Shown: positions 14,776 through 36,869 of the stretch, piece by piece | How the letters are laid out: each line of letters begins with the position of its first letter | Position numbering within the stretch: position 1 is the stretch's first letter | Assembly (NCBI GenBank): GCA_036172245.1 | Contig: JAYWIR010000029.1 | Location: forward strand, 2,418,001-2,482,000 | Reading direction: 5' to 3' | DNA: 64,000 bases | From: Raillietiella orientalis | Lineage: Eukaryota | Notes under the pieces: model-generated | Seen by the model: the letters and a program-made list of their open reading frames with translations, nothing else | What the model was told of the DNA's origin: nothing | Database searches by the model: none | Position numbers and translations under genes: made by a program

Positions 14776-15316
14776 TCATAGAGATGCTTCTTCTTCTTTG
14801 ACTTTGGGATTAACGAACCTCCGAAGGAAATCGGTGTCAGCCTTCCGTCTCACGAAGCAGAGACCCGGTTGGGTGGAAGCCGAGGGGGTCGTTACCCGTT
14901 GTATCAGGAATAGTGCTTTTCGAAGAAGGAGTGTCGCTGTTGGCAGACCTGAGTGCTGGCGGGCCGCAGCAACAACGAGGCTGCGATTACGGGATGCCAC
15001 TAGTAATCCAGGTGCGCGCAGTTGGCGGAATCTGTCTGCAGAACCTTCCGGAAGTTGACGTTGTCGAACTTGCGGAAGTTCTTCTGAGACGTCTGGAGGT
15101 GTGCCGCGGAGGCGGCGCCTGCGCCCCTTGCTGTTCTCGTTCTGCTCGTCGGCGTCGCTGAGGAAGGACTCCTCTTCCTCCTCCCGCTGCAGCGACTGCT
15201 CTGACTCGGGTTTGCCGACCTGGAGCGTTGTGAATCCCTTCGGTCGGGGGAGGAGTCTGGGAGGAGGAGCGTGGGGAAGGGAGCTGAACTCCGTCACCAG
15301 GCAAACCTGGATACAT
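14776..15316 (-). pseudogene. Probable C-terminal low-complexity continuation of the DUSP11 retrocopy beyond the NUMT
   Basis: Coding-like open frame (173-aa ORF with acidic and basic tracts) on the same strand and with similar GC content, resuming right after the NUMT. No recognisable domain. Confidence 0.45.
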
Positions 15317-15766
15317 CTCTCAACAAATCTCCAGACTCATTCATTTACCACACCCCTTGCATCCTCATAATTACAATCGCATCTCTCCTTTACTGTTCAC
15401 ATACCAACCCAATAATCATAGCCTCTTTCTAGCTATAACTTCACTACCTATTGTCATCACCATCAACCCTCCTTTCCATAACATCATGATATGCCATCAT
15501 TATATTTCTCATCTACGTCGGAGGAATCTTAATCATTTTCTCTTACATAACATCTCTAACACATAACGAATTATATACATTTAACAAAACCCCATTCATC
15601 TTAACCCCCTTATTACTCCTCCTACCCAACTCACCCCAACCCACCTTTCCCTCCTCATCGTACCCATCAAAAATTATACTATCACTACCTAATATTCCAA
15701 TAACCTGATTCCTCGTATCTTCCTTAATACTAACATTAATCATCATTCCATATATAATTTTACAAG
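15317..15766 (+). pseudogene. nad6: NUMT: mitochondrial NADH dehydrogenase subunit 6 fragment
   Basis: Abrupt G-poor, A/C/T-rich block. In the invertebrate mitochondrial code, from 15481 it reads TSWYAIIMFLIYVGGILIIFSYMTSLTHNE...PSKIMLSLPNIPMTWFLVSSLMLTLIII, with TGA=Trp at 15487 and 15706. This matches the ND6 hallmark FLIxxGGMLxxFxYxxSLxxNE. The N-terminal part has frameshifts. Confidence 0.9.
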
Positions 15767-16334
15767 CGTGTCGCAGTGCAGAGACTTGTTCGGTCTGAAG
15801 GAGTAGCCGCGAGACAGATCCTGCAGATGCTCTCACTCCTCGATCACATAGCTCCTCGCAGAGGAGAACTGGATGGCTTGATGCAGCACGCGCCCGTATC
15901 GCTCAATCAGGTACTTGCAAATCAGGGATCCCGTGCAAATGACTTTGTGGGTGCAATGAACGCCCGTCAGCTTATCATTCGCGCGGTTCTTCTGAAGGAA
16001 CCGGTCGACTGAGGAGAAAGACCTTTGCTACGCCTCGATGAACGGGACACTTTTGCCTTCGCAGAAGATCTTTTCGTATTGGATGCCTCAGTTCTCGATC
16101 ACCTGCTGGAGATAGTACTTGTTGGTGAAGGTGAGATGGATGACCAAACCGAGACCGGGTACCGTGGACACCAGGTCGAGGGTCGTGAAGCTATCCTCTT
16201 GTTTACAATTCTTCTAAGATACTTTCTTTCAAAGGTACTTTGAAAGGAAAGAAACGGGGAGAAACAACGATGCTCCCAACTTTGCTGCAATCCGTCCATC
16301 TTTCCGGAACCCGTTTCAGCTTTCTATTTGCCAA
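15767..16334 (-). pseudogene. DUSP11: Processed pseudogene of RNA 5'-phosphatase DUSP11/PIR1 (catalytic domain)
   Basis: Minus-strand translation RVPERWTDCSKVGSIVVSPRFFPFKVPLKE..(frameshift)..FTTLDLVSTVPGLGLVIHLTFTNKYY...EN*GIQYEKIFCEGKSVP..*..VDRFLQKNRANDKLTGVHCTHKVICTGSLICKYLIE...ARSYVIEE*EHLQDL. Collinear with DUSP11 (IPERW, [42 protein letters not shown]). No introns, several stops, P-loop arginine lost. Confidence 0.88.
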
Positions 16335-19300
16335 AGGAAGCCTCTAAACAAAATGATTGCATAAAAAGAGAGGCAGGATTGCAGCAATTCACAGAATTTC
16401 ACAGAAAAACATCCTCAGTCAATCACATTGACTTGATTCTTGCTCAGAAATGTGTGAACCGACAGTGACTAGGTGAAAACCTCGCGATTGACGACCGATT
16501 CGCAGCATCGGTTCCATTTCGTGATCTAAGCAAGCACACGAAACCATAAGATTCTGTGCTGTTCCGTATCGCTTTTTTCAGTATGTGATTGATTCTGTTC
16601 TGCATCGATTTCAGCATCCCAGAAATGTATCCAACATTTGATATTTCACATTATGCGACAATTTTATATCATTCTTATAAATAATGGTGATTTTGACGAC
16701 TCCTGCATCCTGCTAGTTCGTTTTAACAACGCCGGAATACAAGAAGGAAAGGAAAAGTGAGCGGGAACCATCGTGAATTCTTGGATGCTAGAAGCTCATT
16801 TTAAGACAGAACAGAATGCCGCACTTTCTAGCGTCCTCCCAAATCAGTTTCTACCGAATTTTCCCTGCCTATGCCTGTCTTTCCTTGTCTTTGCCACATT
16901 CTTCTTCCCTTCGAGCTAACTCCAGGACTTCATGCCACTGCTTCTGTTTCATAATCTCAGGATATACCTGGGTTCTAGAAAATCACAAGGCCTCTGTTCT
17001 CTATTTGGGGCGGCTAATCGCAAGGCTTAGCGGGAACGGAGTCGGCAACACGAAAGGAGCAGAAATTTTGTCGCTGCTGTGATGCTCAGTGCACGACCCC
17101 AGGACCATGGCAATCTCTGTTCTGAGGACTGTCGTGCGAAGAGAGCTTTCCGCAGACGCAAAGCCACTTTACCATTCTTGACTCTTTGATGCCGAGCTCT
17201 CTGCTCGCTCGTCTGGGTTGTTGCTCGAATTCCGATTGCTCTGTGAGTTTTGGAACTTTAGGACACGTGACGCCACACTCCGTTTCTTCAGGACTTGCTT
17301 CTAAGAGACTCGATTTCCAGACACAAGGGAGATGAGTAACGAGGAGTCGTTTAGCAAAATTACACAGTCTCATCGTCGGAGGATATATGCCAGGTGTCTT
17401 TTCTTTCATGGAGGAATTTCACATAACCTGAGAATGTCGGTAGGAGACTGGAAGCACCTGCAAGATGCTCGAGTAAATTTCCTTTCAGGGAACTCTTCGT
17501 TTATTACTTATGTTATACGACTGTCCTTTTTGAATCGCAGACGTTGACCATGATGACGGTGATTCCATCTGCTCATTTATACTATTGTGATTCTGCTGCT
17601 ATTAAAGTAGGGTAACATCATTCTGGAAGCCACACTTCTACCTCAGATCAGAGAAAATATGGATATTGAAGTTTCACGAGTGTGTTAATTCTCTACTTCC
17701 GTGATGGGTGCACGGAGGGGAACTCAACGGATGGAAATCTCTTCCAATTCTCTTCTTCTTCCCATCCATCCTCTTCATTTCGTCTTAGGCTCAATACACA
17801 TTTTCCGTTTTTCAGTTCTCATTCTTCTGAACAATACTCGTATCTTCCGTATTTATACTGCATTTTCCCTTTTCAGAGCTCTTTTAAAGAGGGGATAGCT
17901 TGCAAGATCCTTTTAGAGCTAAAATCGAAATGAAATTAGCAGTAGTTCACAGGCAGCAAAATTTCGCTTCCATTAACTTGAACTAGTTTAGATCTTCACT
18001 GTGCAGCAGTGCTTCCACGGTAAAGGATACAAATCAACTAAAATGTCTAATGGCAGCATTACCTATGGACCCATCGGAGTCTTCAAATCATGCTCTCGTA
18101 GTTTCAAGGTTATTATCCACGAGGATAACCTTGGAGTCACGGAGGAAAGAATACCTCCTGATAGCCAACAGTGAAAGAGGGAAAAGGATTAATCTTCCTT
18201 AATATGCTCGCAAAATCTTCTGGGACTCGTCCATCAAAGAATTCTTCTCACCAATTAGTAAGGACAAATCCCTCTGAGACTTTATGAGAACTTTACAGCC
18301 AATTCAAGCATATACTGGAAGCAACCGTGCAGTTTTTGTTGTTGACACAAGGAAATTCATCCTGCTATATTGCTTTTGTTCAGTAACTTTTAATTAAGGC
18401 CGCTTCGGTGGGATTCGTTTGCTCATTCAATTTTTTACATTCCAATCTCCTGTTTTTCTGAGCTCAGATTTCACAGCAAATCATAATCTCTACTTTGGTC
18501 TTTGGCATTTGGAAGTAGGAATTATCTGAAACCAGATTCCACGGATAGCTGGTCTTCTAAGCCACCGTGATCAGAAATAAACTGGGTCAAGTTCCTGGAA
18601 TATACTGCTCAAAAGGTGAGAGATTCTCATTTTCAAAAAGACTGAATAAAATGCCATTCCTTATGCAGCGTTGCTTGCTGTTTGAAATGCATTTTCAGAA
18701 TCCACGTTTTACTTTTCAGAGAGACGAATCAAAAATTGTTCCTCGCAAAATTTTTGCTCATGCATCCGGTTTTGAGATTCGGAGAACTCTTCCATCAGTC
18801 TACTGCCGAATGCTAGAAGTTTTGTTTTGTTTCTTTCCTTCTTTCAATAACATTAGCTAAAATACGAAGGAAAGCGTTCTTACTTTCAATTATTCTACTA
18901 AATGGGTGTGCAGCTTGAGTAGCATGCTCAGATTGCTACATGATCTGAGTTTCCCCATGCTGATAGAAAGATCTCTGAAAGAGCCATATAGAGAATTATA
19001 AAAGTCGTAGCTCTCTTTCTCTATTGCTTTGTTTCTTTGCTGAGACATCTTGCCGAAGATGTAACCATATCCAGTCAGAATCAAGAAATGATCATTCGAT
19101 TCAATCCATCGAGCAATGTAAGTTCCTCGTCTCTCTATCAATTTTACTTATTTGCAAGGTTTCCATCTCTCAGGAAGCCGAATATAAATGGAATATTTAA
19201 TTTCTTAAGAGGCCCTTTGAACTCTTATCCCTTAAAGATTTATTATAACCTACACTTTGCATTTTCCATCGCATATGGTATGACGTAATGCAGTGCAATC

Positions 19301-21749
19301 ATACGAGATGTGCAGTTCAATTTATGTGCACAATATACACTTCATTCATATTTAGTACTTTTAATTCTTTGAATCTATAAACATTCTTAAGTTAGCACAT
19401 CATTTCCTATGTACTTTTACTATTTAGACACCTATTTAAGATCGCCTCCATTGCATTACAATGTACTATTGAGTTCATTATACACTATTAATAGGTCTTT
19501 ACAAATTAGCATGTATTTCACCATTATTTTGAACATTACTTTCAGCTGCTTATTTCTTTTTTCTGCTCTTTAGAATCTCTGAAAATCTTCATCAGAGTCT
19601 GTGTTGGCTTCATCCTGGCCGGGCATAGTGCAATTCATATTTTCTTTTCCGCTTTTACTGTCAGTACAAACAAATGTTGCTTTCAGGTTTTTGTTCGGTA
19701 TTTTCATCAAGAAAACTTTCGCACATCTTGGAAAAGCGTTTCTCGTGACACGCAAACTTGTTGCCTTCCTGTTCTCAAACATGTCAACATCCATGAAGGC
19801 AGAAAATAGAAAAATATTTATTTCCTTTCACTGTTGTTTGCAAGAAGAAACATAAAGTATCATACCAATTCTTCTCTCTATGACAGTCATTTTTCTTGAT
19901 CATATTCGAGCGAGTACATCAATCAAATTAATAGTTGGGAGATCTGAATTTAAAATGTACTTCTATACTGGAAAAAAACTATTTTCAATTCCTCGTTTGC
20001 TCGATTTTCTGTTTTTATTAGCGATCTTATACTTTACATTTCTAAAATCTCTTTACTTTTTCTTTCACTATTGTCTTTTCAGTTTGAAAAATAAAATGTT
20101 CAATACATGTTGCCGTTATTTTTCTTAGCAATAAAGGATGTTTATCGGTGTTGATTTTGAATTGTTCTTATAAAAAATTTCGATCCATGCTAACCAAATA
20201 ATTGCTGCATTTTGCACAGAACGAAAAGATTTCTTTCCATTTTCACATATCCTTTTCTGATTAGAAGAGTAAACAATTATTGATCTTTAATCACAATCTA
20301 TGAATTTCTAATGCCCATCATGGATTCAATTCATTTTTCCTACTTTCGATACATGCCTGAAAGGCTACTTGAAAGACAGACTTCCAAATGGGTTACCATA
20401 AGATGCTTGCACTTATAATCACTCGCAGCAAACGAGCAGGTAGTTTCTTGTCTCCAGAATTCGCAGATATTTGTTTTCTATAAAATTTTTTCTTAGAATC
20501 ACACAAAATTATCCAAGAAGATATCATCATTACGAAGCAGTATCTCAGAAGTTCGCAGTCAACACAGAAAGTTTCAGTGGAGAAGCCTTATGAAAACTTA
20601 GATTTTAGTACTTAGTAGAATGAATGCCAATTCATGTAACATAATCCAACATTTCCATGCTTATGATATAGAGAAAGATTCAGAGAGGCTCTCTATATCA
20701 CTTTTTTGATGTTTAGTTTCTCAATTATGATTATAGTTGCTTTTCTCAAAGCAGTCTTAAAAAGCCACTTATTTCTTATATTCATGTTTCATAACTAATA
20801 TAGATATTTATTGTAATCGATAAACCATCACTATGTTGGAAGTTAAGCAAGTACAAATATTTTGAACTGCAATTTATCTATTTTCATTTTGCCCAGCCAA
20901 CTGTCATAAAATTAAATAAACATAAACTAAAAAAGGGATAGTCTGTATTAGTGAACCATATAGTTTACCTTAAATCAAAATTGCAATGTTAGCTTTTGAA
21001 CGGAGTATGGGTGGGATTTGGTAGTCGTATTCTGTGATGAAACTGATCTAGTAAGCTTAACCGAGATGTCATGCATCCTATTATTTGATTTGGCTTTTCT
21101 GACCTGGCTAAGTAGACAGAATTCTTTTTATAGTAGAATCAAGAAGTTCTCTTTGTTGTCAAAGTGAAATGTGGTATCCCTGGATGTTTCTACTATCAGA
21201 GTGAATCTAGCTTAAGAAGGAATCGCTTCCCTTGTTAAGGTGCGTTATAATCGTGAATATCACAATATTTGATATGCACATTCCTTGTGTGTGCTCAATA
21301 TATAATTTTTTTTGTTAATCCATTAATTCGACTTGGTAACCAGAATTTGTGCCCAATAATTTCACCGATGAGAAACCCTCATAATTTACAATAAAAAAAA
21401 AAAAAAAAAAAAGGAAATGAGGTTTGATATGGGTTGTGTCAAGTCCATCTTTGAGGCACTATTGATGCAAATAATAGTGGAATTCCATCTGAGTCGAAAA
21501 ATTCTTCATTAATGTTGAATTATCCGGAGTACGTGTGATAAAGTTAAATTCTATAAGATACATATGGAATAGTAATTGTATTTAAAAGATATAAGCATAT
21601 GTTGAAAGAATTGAAAGCTTATTTTTTTGAAAATACGAAACTTCTTGGTATCACAATGTGATTTTAAAACTGCTTAACATAAAAGGTTTGGAGATTGCCA
21701 TTGTTCAAGATACCAGGAATGTTTTAAGGAGTACTGTTTGTTTATGTGT

Positions 21750-22622
21750 ATGGAGAAAATTGAGGAATTACATGCATCGGAGTTAGGCACCCATGAGTAG
21801 TAAGTACTCTAAAATGATTCATTTTAAATATTGATGAAGTTGGGAAAAGTTTTATGAGTTGGAACAAAGTAACTTTGATGACCATGGTAATAGTGGTGAA
21901 ATTTGGTTTGGAACAGAAATACAGAAGAAGTTGATTAGGTAAGAAGAAGTAAATATGAACATTGTTGTACTTCTATGAACAGATGGTTTAAAGAAAACAT
22001 TCCTCAGAATGCCAGAATTTTGGATATTGGATGTGGGAACGGGATGCTGTTATTAGAATTGGTAAAATTATTTGGTAATAAATTCACTAAAATTGCTCCC
22101 ACATAGGCAAATCAGGGATACCATTCATTATGTGGTATGGACTTCAGTCATTCTGCTCTGTGCCTAGCTCAAAGTATTGCAGAAGATAAACAACCCAGCA
22201 TTGAATGGCTGGTATTGTTGCCATAATTCGAATAACCAATTACATTTTTCCATAGCAGGGTGACATTCTGGATCCACCCAGCTGTCTGGTGCATAGATCT
22301 TTTGATGTGTGTGTGGATAAGGGAACTTATGATGCTATTAGTCTTCGAAAAGACAATTCTAGGAAATTATATCCTGAAGTAATAGCAAACCTGTGTGTTC
22401 CTGGAGGAATACTTTTGCTGTCAAGCTGTAACTGGACAAAAGCTGAGTTACAGATACAATTTGAGCAGTGTAAGCCCAAATTTTTTTAGTTTTAATCCAC
22501 GGAGCTAAACATTAGGGTTTCAATGTATCTCCATCGTCCCTACCAAACAATTTGCATTTGGAGGTGAAGTGGGACATGCAGTTACATGCCTAGTTTTATC
22601 ACGTCTTTCAAATAAAAAATAA
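21750..22622 (+). CDS. EEF1AKMT2: EEF1A lysine methyltransferase 2 (METTL10/Efm4 family), 6 exons, 217 aa
   Basis: Manually spliced at GT-AG introns. Exons 21750-21799, 21840-21938, 21983-22061, 22107-22211, 22256-22469, 22516-22622 (654 nt, open frame). Translation MEKIEELHASELGTHEYWEKFYELEQSNFDDHGNSGEIWFG...ILDIGCGNGMLLLEL...GMDFS...FDVCVDKGTYDAISL...SSCNWTKAEL...PTKQFAFGGEVG contains the family motifs SxLGTxEYW, GEIWFG, SAM motif I, DKGTYDAISL, SCNWT and FxFGG. Confidence 0.95.
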
Positions 22623-22680
22623 CGAAACTTAATCATTAACAATTCTTATTCTATAACATGATATGGATGTCAGCTGTAGT

Positions 22681-31926
<9,246 letters not shown>

Positions 31927-32949
31927 GGTATCCTCAACAACGTCTCAGGCACAGGTTTGATTCACAGCGGCCACAGGAAGGTTGCCTCCAGACTGTGATG
32001 GAACCCGAACAGGTTTCCTGTCTTGGCCATTCTAATCAATAATGTCGCGCAGTAGCGGCGGTAACGAATCCATAACAATAGGGAAAGTACCTGGAAAATC
32101 CATCGGGGAGCCATTTGTTCGATTGCCCGGGATCATGAGAGCCATCTATAATGGACAAGCTATTCACGGCGCGGCATTGTTGCGGCTCCCGCCCACGTAG
32201 TCGAGGGGTGGAGTAATTCCCTGGAAGGGCAACAGAGGACTCTGCCAACCGGGATGCGTTGTGTGCGGGCCGAGCCTTTTTGCTTTTCGCCTTTTTTGGC
32301 GTCCGCGCGCGCTTCCTGCGAAAGAAACGCTTTCCTTTGCATCTTTGGGATGCTCCACTCCGTGCGGTGGAGCTCGCCCGCGGAGGTGACTGCCCCGCAC
32401 GGGAACAGGGTGCGAAGGGAGGGGATTTTTGGTGACGGGGTGTCGGAGGATCTCTCCTCAGGCTCAGCCTGGACAGCAGATGGGGTGGAGACCGGCCTTC
32501 TCCCTGCAAAAACGAACCGCACCGAGCTGCTGTGGTTGCTGGGCGAAGGGGCGGGAGGGCTGGCTGCATCCTGGGTCCTTCCCGAGCGGCGGCGCTGCTG
32601 CACAGAGATACGAGAGAGACCTCGGACGAGATTTGAGACGGAGGGGTGACAAAGCGGCCAAGGCAGCTGTGCGGGGAAGGGGGAAGGCAATGGGGAGTCC
32701 CGGCATGAGAAGACCAGGTGCTGGTATGATATCAGGAGTCTGGAGGAGCCACCACGATCCGCGCGCGCACAAACAAACCGCTCGTGGCTCGGCGAGTAGC
32801 GGAGAGGTCCGTGCGCGCGTACGCGGATCCACCCCATGCTCGAGAGGTGCGGAGCTTGGTGCGCGCGGGGGTGTACGCGAAAGGAAGGGGGGCAGCATCC
32901 AACTGCCCTCCTCTTCCTCCCTTCCTTCCCTATTCCGGAGGAAGATCTA

Positions 32950-33590
32950 CAATGATCCCGCACACTTCCCTTAAAGTGGAGGGAGTCGGCGTTAATGCTG
33001 CTGCACTGGGGCCTCCCGTGCAACGCCTCCCGACATCATTGGACACGAAGGAGGGGTTGGGAGAGCTGGACCCGAACCGTGCAAGGTATGGGGAGCGGAA
33101 ATCCATGCCGCACCTCCTAGTGGGCTGTGTTGCCCTCCAGCTCCTTTGGGGACGGCTTGCCGCGGCCCTTGGAACCCCCGGTGACAACCCCCAAGACACG
33201 TATTGAAGCACCTCTTCCTGTGCGACCCCCTCACGCCGGCCGCATCCCCAGAAGCACTTTGCTGTCCACGCGGCGGCCACCCCATCTGGGAACCATAAAA
33301 CAAGAACTTGCTGACATCCTTACAGGGATGCTGAGGACACCTCCATCACGCAGTGATCCCTTCTCGAACCCCCCACCCCATTCTTTGACTGTATTCTTTT
33401 TTTGCTTTATTTTTTTCTCTTTTTGCTTGTCTCCCCTTCCCCTGTGCTGCCGAAGTGAACCCGCTGGTCTATGCCAGTTCCCGGCAGGTTCTTTTTGAAT
33501 ATCCTGCAACGTGGCAGGATTACGCATCTTCCCACTGACCTCTCTATTTAGTTTTAACAAATAAACGCCCCGGCGAGACAGAGTGTCAAT
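32950..33590 (+). mobile_element. LINE family A 3' fragment
   Basis: PLKWRESALMLLHWGLP..., MPHLLVGCVALQLLW, T-rich 3' UTR, ending AATAAACGCCCCGG. Confidence 0.78.
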
Positions 33591-34879
33591 CCTCCCTTCC
33601 CGTTTAAGTTGTACAGCTCCTCCTCCTGGTGTCGAGCACGAGCGGCCGCGGAGAAGCGCCTCGCTCGATTTGTCTTCCGGTCCGGGAGAGAGAGATCCTT
33701 GCAGCGGATCCGCGACGGAAGCGCGCCAATCTTCAGGAGCCGCACGCATTTCCAGCTGCTGACTCCGCAGGCAGCGACCTAGGAGCGAGGAGTTCCCTGA
33801 GGGAATCTGGTAAGGCCGGAAGCGAAGGAGCTTCAGATCCGTCTCTTCCGTTGCGAGCCTGCGTACCGCCCTTCTGAGGCACTCGACCTCCTCCTCCTCC
33901 TATGAGCCACATCCTCCGGGCACCGGGGTGGCCGCCGGTGGAAGATGACGGGGATAACGCGGACCCCAGCGCGGTCCGCGACTGTCGACGGGAGCTGCGC
34001 GAGCTGCGTGGCGGAGGCGAGGGAAATGCGCGGAAGCGCTTTCTCGTGTGCTTCCCCCCCTCGGCTTCCTCCGCACAGACTCGTCCCCGGGCGAACGGGA
34101 GGGGGGCGCGCTTGCCGGTGCTCCGCGAACCGTCCATCCCGGCGTCGTCGTTCGATGGCTTTTTCGGGTTGGTCCCGCAGCGGAGCCGGCGCGAGAGCAA
34201 ACAGGGAGAAGCCCACGCCGTGTCGCACTTGCGGCTGGCGACGCGCGCTGGACACGACCGGACCGAATCCGTTCCGGGGATGCCTGAGGGCAGGACTATG
34301 TCCGCGGAGGCATAGTCCGGCTGTGTCCAAAAGGCGGAGTCGGTGCTCGGCCCGTTCCTGGATGGCGGCTTTCTCCTGACGGAAGGGACCGTGGTGTGGA
34401 ACGAGAGCGTTCCCGGCCCCCTGCTTTCCGCTTGCTCCCGACCCTAGTGAGATCCAAAGGCGAATTGACCTCCTGAGGAGAAGAGCCCTTCGGGGCACAG
34501 GGAGGTCCCGAGTACGCTCGGATGATGTGCACGCTCCATGTTGAGACGGACGCCGCCTTTCGAGACATTGGGGAAGCGATGCAGCCACAGTTGCCGTCTC
34601 GAAGACTGGCCCCAGGGGCCAAGCGCCGGTGACTGCCAATGCACGACTCCCGGGCCAAGCAAGCAGCCGGCTCCAATGGGTTGACGACGCTAACTCGTGA
34701 ACGGCGGCCACACCGAAGATTGCCCCTTGCGGGTATGGGCTTCGGTAGATGGTTGCCATGGACGCAGGGCGAAATTTGGATCCATCTCCTGCCCGCGAAC
34801 GGTAGTGCCTGGAAACAGGAAGTAGTCCGAACACCCGCACTGGTGTCCCTGTTGTCGTGGCCTCCTCTGGAGTTGCTCC

Positions 34880-35700
34880 ATGCAGCTACGGTCCAGGCGC
34901 GTGAACAGCACAGTGCTCCTAGGGATGCGGCCTGACGGCATGAGGGCGGCGTCGCTCAGGAAGAGGCGCTTTCGAAAGACTCTGGGATCACCCTCGGGGA
35001 TCCGCGGGAACGCAGAAAAGCGTTCCCACAAAAGGCGGAAGGCAACACAATCCACGAGCAGGTGCGGGAGAGACTCTTTGGCTGAACCTGCTGGACTTGG
35101 GGCTCGCACTCGCTCGGATCCAATGGTGTCGGGAGGCGTTGAATGGAAGGTCCCGATTAAGCAGCATCAATGCCGACTCCTGCCGCTTCAAGGGGAGGGT
35201 GCGAGTGTTCATGAGCACCGTGGGTCATTGCAAGTCTTCCTCCGGAATACCTAGTAGCTCGCCCCAGCGAAAAAGTCAATGAGGCTGGGCAATCGGGGTC
35301 GCAGCTCCGATTGCTCAACCCTGTGAGCTGGCCCGTCGTCCACTCGCCCAGTCCTTTCCTCCTTCCGGGGGTTTTCACAGTAACCTCCCATCTAGCCGCG
35401 ACGTTGCTGCCCATGTATTCCCTAAGGGAGGGCAGCGCGGCGGCGAGGGAGGTTCTGCCTGCCCACGTGCTCTTCACGGGATCTTCCAGGATTACCCGGA
35501 GCGTGCAGTTGCTGTTACGCCCGTACAGGAAACGTCACACCTGTTCTGCGCTTGGCCCCTGAATCCTCGCCCACTTGCGGACGGTTCCCTGCAGCCAGGC
35601 ACTACCGTTCGCGAGGCAGCACGAGATGCATCCGTTCTTCCTGGCCAGCGTTGCCCCACCTGCCAGAGGTGCAGTCCGCAGTGGATGAGACTGCAAAAAG
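34880..35700 (-). mobile_element. LINE family A internal fragment
   Basis: LPLKRQESALMLLNRDLPFN and ESLPHLLVDCVAFRLLWERF. DNA similarity to the copies at 38.9 kb and 45.2 kb. Confidence 0.78.
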
Positions 35701-35729
35701 GGTGCCGCCCTCTCCCCTCGGGACCACGC

Positions 35730-36100
35730 CATGAATCTAGCCCCTCCTCTTTTACGCCTAAGGAGGGAAACCTCGCTCTGGTTGTCTCCGAAGAGGACCC
35801 CGAAGGGAACCTCCTCCTAAATCCATCCGAAGGGGGGCTACCCCTCGTTTCTTCTCCAGAAAAAGCCCGGAAAGGATCCGATTCTCATTTCGTCCTCCTC
35901 TGAAGAGAACCCCGAAGGGAGAGCTCCCTTTTTTCAACCGGAGGAGAACAACTCCGGAGGGAACCGGCGCTCCTTGGTTCCTGGAAGGGACCCCGGCAGG
36001 TCAACTTCCGATCCCGGCTAGTTTGAGGAGTATTCGTGGGTTTCCGGCTTCCAGGGGTGCCGCACCCTCCATCGCGTCACCATAGGAACTGGCTGGTTCC
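35730..36100 (-). mobile_element. SINE family B partial copy
   Basis: Same orientation and units as 28900-29310. 35990-36055 is the reverse complement of 56270-56335. Confidence 0.68.
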
Positions 36101-36109
36101 TCGCTCGAA

Positions 36110-36385
36110 GGGTCTCCTCTCCAGGATGTGAGGAAGCGCGGTGCTCCCTTCGGGGAGCGCCCTCCAGGGAAACTAGAAAGCGTCCCTTCGGGGTTCTCTT
36201 CAGACGGAGAAACAAGGAGTGGATCGTTTCCAGGTTCTCTTAGGAGAAAAAACGAGGGGTGATCTCTCTCATTTCTTCCTGGATCTACAGATGGTCCCTC
36301 CCGGGTTACCCCCTATCTTGATGAGTTGCCACACGCACCCCCGGGTGGCGTGAACAGCGTTAGGGAGCTCCGTGTGCTCCCTACC
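36110..36385 (+). mobile_element. SINE family B 3' partial copy
   Basis: CCCTTCGGGG units. End CCCCTATCTTGATGAGTTGCCACACGCACCCCCGGGTGGCGTG matches the reverse complement of 28785-28830. Confidence 0.7.
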
Positions 36386-36869
36386 ACATTCCCCTTCCCT
36401 GTAGATAGATGAACGGTTTTCCAGAGCTTGGAGACCCGGCAACGGGAAGAGGGGTCCACTCTCTGCAAGAGATTCCTTTGTGCGGCGGAGGGAGCCGGAA
36501 AAATCAAGGCCCGTCTGGAAGCACCACCCTTCCCCTCCCTCCCCCCTCCCCTCCTCTTCACCATGGAGACGACTTTAAACGACGGCAGAGGGAAGTTCCG
36601 CATTTGCGGCGTGTCATCTGACTGCGAGTCCAGAGAGTGCGGTGCGTGAGAGGAAGCAGAAAGGAAGGGGGAAGGAGGGGGAGAAGGGAATACCCGGAGG
36701 CGACTTAATCCCTTCCGGTCGGGTGGCCGCATTCTCACATCGCAGCCGGAACGTGAAGAGAACAGGAAGATGAGCTAAGCCCGGTTTGTCCTTCCTGTCT
36801 GCAGGAACCTCCCTTCGTCTGACCTCCTGCGATGGACGGACGGACGCTCCTCGCAGCTTCACGCGTTCT

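Noticed and set aside
18936..18951. TACATGATCTGAGTT resembling mitochondrial 16S rRNA
   Set aside because: Only ~15 nt, and the flanks do not continue the match.
19570..20470. Possible minus-strand exons, including a CKHL/SWIM-like peptide at ~20400, divergent from EEF1AKMT2
   Set aside because: I could not build a stop-free spliced model, and the motif is incomplete.
21034..21102. GTGATGA...CTGA spacing like a C/D box snoRNA
   Set aside because: No terminal stem and no rRNA-complementary guide that I could recognise.
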